A stretch of 64,000 nt of DNA from NCBI GenBank assembly GCA_043228905.1, contig JBHGNT010000018.1, positions 8,184,001 through 8,248,000 on the forward strand. Reading direction: 5' to 3'. The notes under the pieces are model-generated. The model ran no database searches and had not been told where the DNA came from. It worked only from the letters and a program-made list of their open reading frames with translations. The stretch comes from Azolla caroliniana. Its lineage: Eukaryota; Plantae; Polypodiophyta. Shown piece by piece: positions 25,501 to 37,264 of this stretch (positions are counted from its first letter, which is position 1; each line of letters begins with the position of its first letter). The position numbers and the translations under genes are program-made.

Positions 25501-27852
25501 CGCACCGAAGGGTGTGAAGCCGATCGTATGTAGGTGGGTGTACAAGGTCAAGTACAACACCGAAAACTCGGTCAACCAATACAAGGCCCGGTTGGTAGCG
25601 AAAGGCTACGTGCAGAAGCACGACGTGGACTACGACGAGACCTTCGCGCCTGTCGCGAAGATGACTACTGTGCATGTTTTGCTAGCCGTAGCAACGGCGA
25701 AGGGGTGGCATTTACATCAGATGGATATTAAGAATGCGTTCCTACAAGGTGAGCTTGTGGAATAGGTGTACATGGTACAACCCCCTGGATTTCACTCCGG
25801 AATGAACACTTCGGCGGTCTGCCAGTTGAAGAAGTCCCTTTACGGACTAAAGCAAGACTCCATGCTTGGAATGCGAAAATCACGCAGCGATTGCGTCGGA
25901 TGGGATTTGTGACGTCCAAATAAGACTCTTCACTGTTCATTCGACAAGGTCGACTCAGGCCAATTAATATTTTACTTTATGTTGATGACTTTGTCATCAC
26001 CAGTGCCGACCTAGGTGAAATTGACCACATAAAGCTCTAGCTCGCGGCATCATTTGACATGAAGGACTTGGGGGACCTTCATTACTTCCTCCGGATCGAA
26101 GTGATCCATACCCCCGAAGGCATACTGATCAGCCAACGACATTACATGCTGCGTATGCTCTTCATGTTCGGGATGGCAGATTGTAAGTGTGTCTTGACTC
26201 CTCTAGATAGAATTGTCAAGCTTCGCCCTGACTCCGGAAAAGTTTGCAACCCGAAGAGGTTTCGACAGATTGTTGGAAGCATAATATACTTGACTATCAC
26301 TCGACCAGACCTCAGTTACCCGGTCGACGTGATTAGTCAGTTTATGGCGTGGCCAATCGAGGAGCACCTTTAGTGCGCATAACGCGTACTTTGGTACATC
26401 AGTGGGACTAAGGACTGGGGACTACTATATCGGACCGATACTGCCGCGAAGTTAGTCGGTTACACCGATGCTGATTGGGCCGAAAACGCCAGTGATTGCC
26501 GATCCACATCTGGATTCGCGTTCTCTCTTGGGAGCACCATGATTGCGTGGAGTAGCAAGAACCAGCCAACAGTTGCACTATCGAGCACCGAAGCCGAGTA
26601 TAGAGGAGCGGCTGTCGCCACATGCGAAGCCAGTGTCCGATCTGACGACGATCTATTGTGATAACCTCAACAGTATCCACCTTGCGAAAAACCCCGTATT
26701 CCACGCCTGGACCAAGCACATTGAGTTACATTACCATTTTGTCCGCGAGCGGGTCCTTTCAGGTGAAGTCGAATTGGTGCATGTTCCAACTGATCGGCAA
26801 GTTGCCGACATCTTCACCAAGCCTCTTGGTCTTGACAAGTTACGGCATTTCTCGGGTGACCTTGGGTTGCGTCACCTCAACACGCTGAACTTGAGGGGGA
26901 GAAACGAAGACGAACAGGAACAAGAGCGTGAAAGGAGCGGAGGTGGTCATCGCGGCGGAAGTGACCGTGACACAGAATCGGATGAAGAATTCGATTTTGG
27001 ACCGGCTGAAGAAGCCGAAGAAAAGAGCAAGGGCCATAACCGTAGGGAAGAGCCGAGGATAGCCGAATCAGGGGGAGATATAGCCGAAAAGGGCGTAAAG
27101 GCCAAGACCAAGACGTGGTCTGATGTAGTCAAAGGCCTAAAGGCAAGAGGCGAATTGGAGACAGTCAATTCGGATGAAAGCGGAATTGAATCGGAAATGT
27201 TCGATTCAATCAAAATGCTCGATTCGGTTATTATGAATCGATTGAGGGCCAAGCGGAGAAAAGGGCAGCAAAGGACGCACCAACACCATGACAACAAGGG
27301 AGATGAGAAGGGCCGCACGAGCAGACACGCCGACTGGAAGGGTTGAAGCGCGCGGAATCGAATGGGTCGAGGAGCGCAAGCGAGGCACGAAGGCAGAAGG
27401 AACCGGAGCGTAGATCCGGAAGAGCGGATGGAACCTCAAGTTGAGCTTGAGGGGGAGTGTTGAGAGACAAGCTCAACATTCGGTGCGTAATCGTGTGCGT
27501 AACCTAGTGTGTAAATTGGGTGCGTAAAACCATGCGCACAATAGGCCATAGCGGTGCGTAAACCGCGAGGCTGTTGGAAAGATATTCCGCATAGGAATAT
27601 ATTTTGGGCGTTAGTGTAGAGCTCAGTTATGAGTGTTGAAGTATGTGTCAGTACTTCTGTCAGTCCGTATGGACTTGTATAAAAGTGCTCACTTAGCACA
27701 TCCTATGTACATATTGAGTATTATTTTTTTGAAATAGAGTGGTGTGTATTGACTCTCTCTCTCCCGCATACTGTGTGTGTCCAAGCTCTCCATTAAACCT
27801 GTATTTTCCTACATTCTGTTTTCTATTGCTTCCGCATGTTATTCTTTTCACA
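16526..27852 (+). mobile_element. Copia family A copy 3; truncated 5' LTR 16526-16877, 3' LTR 27458-27852
   Basis: PBS at 16878. Gag MDRGMASSLPTEKLDKN is interrupted at 17018 and resumes NYASW at 22761. Degenerate gag-PR-IN-RT-RH follows, with PPT at 27446-27457. Confidence 0.9.
17019..22755 (-). mobile_element. Copia family A copy 4, full length and degenerate; LTRs 17019-17443 and 22306-22755
   Basis: Perfect TSD AAACA (17014-18, 22756-60). WYVDSGAS protease, integrase, LYVDDL RT and RNase H, with stops and frameshifts. Confidence 0.95.
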
Positions 27853-30811
27853 CATTGTTTGCTAAAGGACAGAATGTTGAATCAGACATCGACCTTTAGC
27901 ATAAGCGGATCAGCCACGTCAACTACCAAAGGTTTCAGGAGTTGCAAATGAAATAAGTCGTTTTTGGTTTGCTGAAGTTTAGTGGCTAGAAGGCCCAAGT
28001 TTGTGAAGCCTGCCAGCAAGGGAAGCAACATCGACTTCCATTCCCCAATGGGTGAAATCATAGCCAAAACAAGCTCAATTTGTTACATTCGGATGTATGG
28101 GGACCGATAGAGAATGTGAGCTTAGGCGGGAGTCTATACTTCATCTCCTTCATCGAGGACTAGAACGGCACACTTGGATCTACCTCATCGAAAAGAAAAG
28201 CGAAGTCTTTGACTGTGTCCAGAACTTGAAGAGTCTTGCCGAAAGGGAAACAAAGAGGAAGATCAAGTGCTTGAGGTTGGATGGTGGAAAAGAATACTTT
28301 TCCGGAAAATTCAACTATTATCTTCAGCAAATGGGAATTCGGCACGAATTCAGTTGTAGATATACGCCGAAATAGAACAATGGTTGTGGAAGCGGCAAGG
28401 GCAATGCTGGAGGAGAAGAGCATGCCCAAGTTCTATTGGGCTGAAGTGGTTCGGATTGTAGTGTATATCCAGAATCGGATCGGAGAAAAGGTGTCGGCAC
28501 ATGAGTTATACTTCGGATGGAAGCTGAACTTGAGACACCTTAGGATATTCAATAGCATTGCCTATGTGCATGTTCCGGATGAGAAGAGGAAGAAGCTGGA
28601 TGCGAAATCGGAAAAGTGCATATTGGTTGGCTACTCACAAGAACAGAAGAGGTATAAGTGTTATAACCCCCAGACCAAACAAGTCCGAGTAAGCTGAGAC
28701 ATTGTGTTCAACGAGTTGGCGTTCGGGTATGCTCTTCCGACTTTGACCCCCGACAAGTCCGACCTCCCGATTTCTGAGGATGAGGCAAGTGAGGCCGACA
28801 TGATCTAAGAAGAAGAAGAAGATTTTGGCACTCTAAAAGAGAGTCTGATTTCATTCCAGCTGAGTGGCCTGAATGAAGAGTTGAGTCGAGATGAACAGTA
28901 GAACGAAGAGCCAATGAGCAGTGACGACTCAACCATGCACTCCCCACGCCATGAACCGAGGAGACGGTATACATGTAAGGAAAAGGGGAAGATGAAGATG
29001 CCGGAGTATGGCACATATAAAGGTACATTGGATCACGGAGAATCTGACACCAACCGAAGTGAGGATGGACCTCAAGAGTTGAGGTTGGATGCGGCCAAGA
29101 GGACCCTCAAATCGGCGATTGAGAAGGTACGCCGATCGACTCGCCACACGAAGCCGGTGATCCAGTATGGTTATCTGTGCGTGATCGGGTCTTGAGTGGT
29201 TAAGTCAAACTCCGATATGTTCGAACTATTCGACAGGTGGCCAACATCTTCACCAAGGCACTCGGATTGGACAAGTTGTTTCACTTTTCAAAGATGCTTG
29301 GGTTACAACATCTCGACGTGCCGCACTTGAGGGGGAGAATAGGTAGAGAATAAGGGGGAGAGAAACAGGAGAAAGCGAAAACTGAATTAGATGCAGAATC
29401 GACTGAAGAAGTTGACACATCCGGAAGAGCCGGAACAGGTGATAGAGTCAAGAAGGACAAAGCTGATCGGAAGAAAAAGGCCAAGAACAAGACATGGTCG
29501 GATGTGGTCAAGGGCCTGAAGACAGAGAACGAATAGGAGACAACTGATTTGGTCGAGCAATTTGATTCGGATGAGCCGAATTTCATGAAGGCCAAGCGGA
29601 CACGCGGGCAGCTAAAGTCGACGCCAACACAGAGGAGCCGACGGGTCCCGAAGCACCACTGTCGCAATAACAAGGGAGCTGAGAAGGGCTTGATGAGCAG
29701 ACAATCCGATCGAGGAGCGCGGGATCGGACGGATCAAGGAGCGTGAGCAATGCATGAAAACACTAGGAGCAGCCGGAGATAAGGACCGGCGAATGCTGAC
29801 ATGACAAACTGACCTCAAGTTGAGCTTGAGGGGTAGTGTTGAGCGAGCAAGCTCAACGTGGGATGGATTGGCTTAACAAGCCGAGATCCGGATCGGATGA
29901 AGACCGATTGGCTACGCCCAGATCGGATCGGTGAGCCGGATCCGCATGAGCTGGTAGGCCATTAGAGGCCTACGATCCTAGTCTAGTAGATAAACATAGT
30001 TTTTGGAGTCAGTGTCATTAGCTCAGTTATGAGCATTGAAGTACTTGTCAATACTTCTGACCGTCCTTTATGGACTTGTATAAAAGTGCTCACTAATCAC
30101 ACTTGTATGCAAAGACAGAATATTATTTTGAAATTGATTTTGAGTGTTCTGCACTCTCTGTCTCTCCCAAGTTCTCTGCATGTTATCTCAATTTCCATTA
30201 AACCTTCGTTTACTTTCTGTTGCTATCCGGTTGTGTTTTTAAGCTTCCGCACGCTATTCTTTTCACCTACCATGTCGACTCATTGGTTGATCCAATCGAC
30301 CATCCTAAATTTGGCTTGTCAACTCCTCCAATTTGATTGCCAACTTCTCCCATTAGAAGGGACAAGATCCTAACAAGATCCACATGAACAACAATGTATC
30401 AAATATGCTAATGAAGGTGCTGTTTGCAGAGAGGCTGAGCATTTGCTGACAAAGAATCAAACTGGCGAACTACACCATCCCGTAGTGAAGGGGGAGTTTG
30501 TTGGGAAAACTAGTTCCTTTGGATGGGAAGAACACAATTCGGATATTGCACAAGGAGTTGGATTGTCAGGAGCCGATTCAACACCAGCTCAGGAGATAAA
30601 CTGAATTAGTCGATAGCTAACTCGACCGAGGCTGAAAAATTGATTGATCGATAATCGATCGATAATCAATTCGGCTAATAGCAAAATCGACCGAATCTGA
30701 CTAGGCTATATTCGTAAATAGTCATATATGCATATGAGTATAAATATAGTTAGGGCAAGTAGTTATGATGGAAGAGTGTGCGGTAGTCATTGTAATTTGT
30801 GCATTAGTGTG

Positions 30812-33800
30812 TGTAAAAAGAAATGTGCGGAAGCAAGTATGAAGACCGAACAGAAGAGAGGAAACTTAGGTTTAATGGAGAGCTTGGGCTTACGCAGTAT
30901 ACGCGGGAGAGACAGAGAGAGAAACACAAAAAACTATTTTTAACAATAATACACAATCTCTGTACATAAGACGTGCTCAGTGAGCACTTTTATACAAGTC
31001 CTAAAAGGACTGACCGAAGTACTAACAGTACTTCAATGCTCATCAAGAGCCCCTACACAAACTCCCAAATATATTCCTCATGGAATATCTTTCCTAACTA
31101 CCTCCTGGTTTACGCACTCGGCCTAACCGATCGGTCCCAACCGATCCGGTACTTGGCTTCTTCAGCCGATCCGGCCGATGTTGAGCTTGTCTCTCAACAC
31201 TCCCCCTCAAGCTCAACTTGAGGCTCTTCGGGATCTTCACAGCACCGGTTCCTCCTGGCTTCTCGCCTCGCTTGCGCTCCTCGACCTGTTCAACACCGCG
31301 CGCTTCGACCCTTCCGGTCAGCTTGTCTGCTCATGTGGCCCTCATCAGCTCTTCTGTTGTTGCGGTGTTGACACTTCTTCTACTGCCTTTTCTTCCGCTT
31401 GGGCCTCGGTTGATTCAGCGTGTCTGAATCAAACATCTGAACCGACTCGACTACCTCCGATCGGTCTTCGCTCTCGTCTGAGTTGGCTATCTCCAACTCG
31501 TCTTCGGTCTTCTCGCCCTCGATGGCGTCATCTTCCCAATGCCTGGTTGGCTTCGGCTCTCTCCTTCGGTTGCTCCCCTTCTGTCTGCTTCTGAACTTTT
31601 CCGTGGGTCCGCCCTCGGCTTCTTCAGCCGATCCAATGTTGAACTTGTCAACCGACTCGGTGTCGCGGTGTCCGCTCCTTTCCTGTTGCCTTGCTTGGTC
31701 GTTCGGGACTGTTCTCCCCCTCAAGTTCGGCACGTCAAGGTGACGCAAACCGAGCGCACCTGAGAATTGCTGCAACTTGTCCAAACCAAGAGGCTTGGTG
31801 AAGATGTCGGCAGTCTGCTGATCCGTTGGAACGTACTGAAGTTTGACTTCACCGGAAAGGACACGCTCACGGACAAAATGGTAGTGCACCTCAATGTGCT
31901 TGGTCCGTGCGTGGAAAACGGGGTTTTTCGCGAGCTGGATGCTGCTGAGGTTGTCGCAGTAGATCGTTGTCGGATCTGACACCTCCTCTTGCAGGTCCTT
32001 AAGTAGCCGCTTCAACCATATGGCTTTGCATGTCGCGACAGCCGCTCCTCGGTACTTAGCTTCGGTGCTCGACAGAGCAACTGTCGGCTGCTTCTTACTG
32101 CTCCACGCGATCGCGGCACTCCCGAGGGAGAACGTGTATCCAGACGTGGATCGGCGATCGGTGGCGTTGCCAGCCCAATCAGCATCGGTGTAGCCGACTA
32201 ACTGCGCGGCTGCACCGGTCCGATAAAGTAGTCCCCGGTCCTTAGTGCCGCTTACGTACCGAAGTACGCGTTGCGCACACTGAAGGTGCTCCTCGGTAGG
32301 TCGCCCCATGATCTGACTAATCACACCGACCGGATAACTGAGGTCGGGTCGGGTGATGGTCAAGTATATGAGGCTACCGACAATTTGTCGGAACCTCGTC
32401 GGGTCGCATACCTTTCCCGTATCAGGACGAAGCTTGACGGTTCTGTCCAGAGGAGTCGAGATGGACTTACAGTCGGCCATCCCGAGTTTGAAGAGCATAC
32501 TCAGCACGTAATGACGTTGGCTGATCAATATGCCTTCGGGGGTACGGATCACTTCGATCCCGAGGAAGTAATGAAGGTCTCCCAGATCCTTCATGTCGAA
32601 CGATGCCGCAAGCTGGAGCTTCACGCGGTCGATTTCACCTAGGTCGGCGCCGGTGATGACCAAGTCATCAACATCTAGTAAAATACTAACCGGTCCGAGT
32701 TGACCTTTCCGGATGAACAGGGAAGAGTCCGATTTTGACGTGACGAAGCCCAACCGATGCAGTTGTTGCGTGATCTTCGCGTTCCAGGCACGCGGGGCTT
32801 GCTTCAGTCCGTAAAGGGACTTCTTCAGTCGGCATACTACCGAGGAGTTCGTTCCAGAGTGAAATCCGGGGGGCTGTACCATGTACACCTGTTCCTCAAG
32901 GTCACCTTGCAGGAACGCATTCTTTACATCCATCTGATGTAGGTGCCACCCCTTGGCCGCGGCTACTACGAGCAAAACACGAACGGTCGTCATTTTTGCG
33001 ACCGGCGCAAACGTCTCATCGTAGTCGATGCCGTGTTTCTGCGCGTAGCCCTTTGCCACTAGCCGAGCCTTGTACCGGTTGACCGAGCCATCGGTGTTGT
33101 ACTTGACTTTGTACACCCATTTACACCCGATCGGCTTCACACCCTTCGGTGCGTCAACCAGGTCCCAGGTCTCGTTCTCCGCCATTGCGTGCATCTCTTC
33201 CTCCATCGCGGCACGCCAATTCGCGTCTTTAGCCGCTTCTGCGTAGCTCTCCGGCTCACGCACTTCCGCTACACGGGTCATGTACGCATAATGATGCGCC
33301 ATGTACTCGTTGTATCCGAACCGCACAATTGGGTTCTTCTGGCGGGTAGATCGGCGTAATCTCACATTAGCCGATGTCGAGGCCTTCTCGGTCGACGCGG
33401 TCTTCACCTTTAAAGACCCGTCACCGGTTCCCTCGGAGTCGGACTTGCGTCGATCTGACTCGTTCCTTTCCGTGCCGGAATTCGACACCTTCTTCTTCCC
33501 TTTCTCTTTGCGCGTAAGCCGTCTCCTCGGCTTCCTGCGCGGGGAATGCACGGCCGAGTCTCCACTACTCGTCGGCTCTTCATTGGACTGGTCGTACCGA
33601 CTCAGTCGTCCAATTGGTCCACTTAACCGGAGTGAAATCGGACTCTCTTCGTGGGTCTCGATTTCGGGCTCATTCGGAGGCATCTCGGCCTCGCTGACCT
33701 CATCGTCAGAGCTGGGATTGGAGTCTAGGGTCGTAGTCGGGGGCAGGTACCAGGACGCGGACTCGTCAAACACCACGTCGCGGCTGACACGCGCTTGTTT

Positions 33801-36474
33801 GGTGCGAGGGTTATAGCACTTATAACCCTTCTGCTCGTCCGAGTAACCGACCAAGATGCCTTTCTCGGCCTTTGCGTCCAGCTTCCTCCTTTTCTCCTTC
33901 GGTATATGCACATACGCAATGCTACCGAACACGCTCAAGTGTCGCAAGTTCGGCTTCATTCCGAAATATAGCTCGTGCGTCGACACTTTGTCTCCTATCC
34001 AGTTTTGGATGTATACCGCGGTCCTTACCGCCTCGGCCCAGTAGAACTTGGGCAAGCTCTTCTCCTCCAGCATTGCCCGTGCCGCTTCCACAATCGACCG
34101 ATTCTTTCTCTCGGCCACGCCGTTCTGCTCTGGCGTGTATCTACAACTGAATTCGCAGCGAATTCCCATTTGTTGTAGGTAACCGTTGAATTGACCGGAA
34201 AAGTACTCTTTCCCGCCATCCAACCATAGGCACTTGATCTTTCGTCCCGTTTCGGCTTCCACGAACCCTTTGAGGTCCCGGAAACAGTCGAAGACTTCGC
34301 TCTTCCTCTCAATGAGGTAGATCCACGTGTGCCGCGTGTGGTCGTCGATGAAGGAGACGAAATATCGGCTCCCGCCAAGACTAACGTTTTGTGCCGGCCC
34401 CCATACATCAGAGTGTATAAGGTCGAGTTTGTTCCGGCTACGGTTTCGCTCGTTGGGGAAGGGAACTCGGTGTTTCTTCCCGAGCTGGCAGGCTTCACAA
34501 ATTTGTGCCTTTCGGCCACTAAATTTTGGCAATCCGAACACTACTTGTCTCGATTGTAGATCTTGAAGCCGTTGGTGGTTGACGTGGCCTATCCACTTGT
34601 GCCACAAGTCGATGTCCGACTCGGTCTTTTGCCCCTTCGCGAACATTGCGGTGCCGCCGTCAATGGAGTCGAAGATGAACATCCTCTCGTCTCTGCGCCC
34701 TTGCGCAATCACACGGCCTTCTTCCTCAATGAAGCACCCGAGGTGTGTAAACCGAACCTCCATCCCTTGGTCGACGATCTGTCCGACCGAGACCAAGTTT
34801 TTCGTGATTGTCGGGACGTGCAACACGTTCATGAGTTTCCCTTTCTGCCCGACATGGCTAAGGGGAACTTCTCTGACATTCGCAATCGGGTGCGGAGTGT
34901 CGTCTCCTGTTGCGACTACTCTAGGTTGTACCTGTTTTTCAAGGTACGAGAACCACTCCTTATGGCTCGTCATGTGGTTTGACGCGCTGGAGTCTATGTA
35001 CCACACCTGGTCCGATCTCGGGGTGGTTTGCTTCATTGAGTTTGCTTCGTGTCTTGTCACGAAGGCAGTCCCTTCTCCGGCTCTCCCGGAGTCTTCGGCG
35101 TAGTGCGATCGCTGCCGATTTCCCTTGTTGGTATGTCTGGAGCCGTTCCCGGAACCAGTTCTCTCCGAATCGGCGCGCTTCTTCCAGCACTCACTTTCCT
35201 TGTGGCCTTTCTTGCCACAGTACTAGCACTCCGCGATGAACTTCCCTTGCCGGTTCTCATTGCTTCGACTCCCCCTGTTTCCGGAGAGTCCGGAGTTGCT
35301 TTCGGCATCACTTCGGTGCCTTCTTTCTTGATCTCGTCGGCCGCCTCCATTGCATGCCGACTCGCCTCGTCCTCCACGTCCACGGGGCCTATCTCCCTCC
35401 GTGTACAACATTCTGCTGTCAGTGTGCGTGCTTGTAGACGCACCCGCGTGGTTCTCCTCTACCAGGAGCATCGACTGTAAATCGAAAAAGGACGACGTAT
35501 TCTCCCGGGTACACACAGCCGTTCGGAACGCTCCGAACTTCGACACCAAACCTCTGAGACAGATCTGGACCATCTCGCTCTCCTCAATGTTCACCTCTAT
35601 GGAGGCGAGGGAGTCGCAGATATCCTTGATCTTCGAGGTATAGTCCGCCACCGACAAGTCGCGTTGTCGTAGGTTGCTCAACTCCTGTCGGAGCTGAAGC
35701 TTCCTGGCTGTGGTGCTCGCGGCGAAAATCTTCTTCAGATTTTCCCACGCACCCTTCGACGTCTTTGCATCCCGAACATAGCTCAATAGTTGTTCGCCCA
35801 CACACGACGCGAAGCAGTACAATACCCTGCTCGCCGATTGCTCCCACGACGGGAAGTCTCTGTGTGTCGATTCGGGTGCCGCGTCATTAGCTCCTTCGAC
35901 ATAACTCCAGTAGCCGTGCCCGAGCATGTACTGGTGCATCTTGTAGGACCAAGACGCATAGTTGGTTCTGTCGAGCTTCTTTGTTGGAAGCGAGCTCGCC
36001 ATGCCTCTATCCATCGTTCTTCTTGTTCTTCTTCGTCAAGTTGTGTCGGCTGCAGAGAGGTTCTCAACCCTCGTGCTCTGATACCATGTAAAAAGAAACG
36101 TGCGGAAGCAAGTATGAAGACCGAACAGAAGAGAGGAAACTCAGGTTTAATGGAGAGCTTGGGCTTACGCAGTATACGTGGGAGAGATAGAGAGAGAAAC
36201 ACAAAAAACTATTTTTAACAATAATACACCATCTCTGTACATAAGACGTGCTCAGTGAGCACTTTTATACAAGTCCTAAAAGGACTGACCGAAGTACTGA
36301 CAATACTTCAATGCTCATCAAGACCCCCTACACTAACTCCCAAATATATTCCTCACGGAATATCTTTCCTAACGACCTCCTGGTTTACGCACTCGGCCTA
36401 ACCAATCGGTCCCAACCGATCCGGTCCTCGGCTTCTTCAGCCGATCCGGCTGATGTTGAGCTTGTCTCTCAACA
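30812..36474 (-). mobile_element. Copia family A copy 5, near-intact; 388-bp LTRs 30812-31199 and 36087-36474
   Basis: TSD GTGTG, PBS 36075-36086, PPT 31200-31208. About 15 LTR mismatches counted by eye. Confidence 0.97.
31380..36014 (-). pseudogene. gag-pol: Copia gag-pol polyprotein (gag, CCHC, PR, IN, RT, RNase H, C-terminal tail) with point lesions
   Basis: ORFs 35223-36014 and 31380-35060 are in one frame, separated by a TGG>TAG stop in the zinc knuckle. RT YVDD reads DVDD and protease DSG reads DSS. Confidence 0.93.
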
Positions 36475-36809
36475 GTGTGTGTAACTAGTGAGTAGGAGTG
36501 TTAGAGTTAATATGCGAGAGACAGAGAGAGCAGAACATGAACTCAATTCAAAAATAATAATCCTCTGTATAGAGAATGTGCTTAGAGAGCAGTTTTATAC
36601 ATAAGTACTAACAGGTACTTCAATGCTCATACGAGCAACTGACACTGACTCCCAAAAATATGCCTACGTACTAGGCTGGATCCATAGGCCTCTAACAACC
36701 TACCAGTTTCAATCCGATCCAGCTCCTGGTTCCGGATATCATACAGACACTGATCCGGTTCTCCATTCCGATACCGATCCGGCTCTCCATTCCGGATACC
36801 GATCCAGCT

Positions 36810-37264
36810 TATTATAGATCTTAGTACTAACGTAAGCTTAAGATAAGGATAATGAAAAGATAGATAGAAAGGAGAAAGAGAAAGAAGGGTGCCGATCCAC
36901 CCGACCACCCCCGAGCGAAGGGATCGAGACGGACGCGAGCCTCGATCGGCGTCCCATACCACCGTCGTGGCGTCGAGTCGTACCTGGTGCTGGCGCGCTC
37001 GCTACAAGAGTTGACCCACCACACGAGCAGAGTCTCGATGTAGTCAAAAGATGCCCAAATGAGGGTAGCTAGGCCTCTTATTTATAGCGAAACCCAAGGC
37101 CCCCAGGCAAGTTCACACTTGACCTAATGGGTTGTCTCAATCCCGAGGATTAAAAGTAATCCTCCCCTTCTTTACACTCTCATTTAACCCTCACACTTAT
37201 CCACGTGTATAGATTACTACGGTAAATTCTTACCACGGGATATTATATGGTCATGCTCGTAACA
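36810..37264 (-). repeat. 3' LTR of gypsy element
   Basis: No differences from 43377-43831 seen by eye. TATA-like gctataaata at about 37079-37088. Confidence 0.97.

Larger units (their letters stand above)
11298..30265 (+). mobile_element. Copia family A copy 2 (host of a 15.5-kb nested block); LTRs 11298-11719 and 29837-30265
   Basis: Matching LTRs and PBS 11720-11731. Gag 11818-12324, integrase to 3' end 27853-29836 with RT largely deleted. Flanks ACTAC/CCTAC (4 of 5 match), and GTCGAC-rich host sequence continues on both sides. Confidence 0.8.

Noticed and set aside
31483-35643. Many antisense ORFs over copia pol
   Set aside because: Shadow frames of GC-rich coding sequence. They recur only because the copies are homologous.
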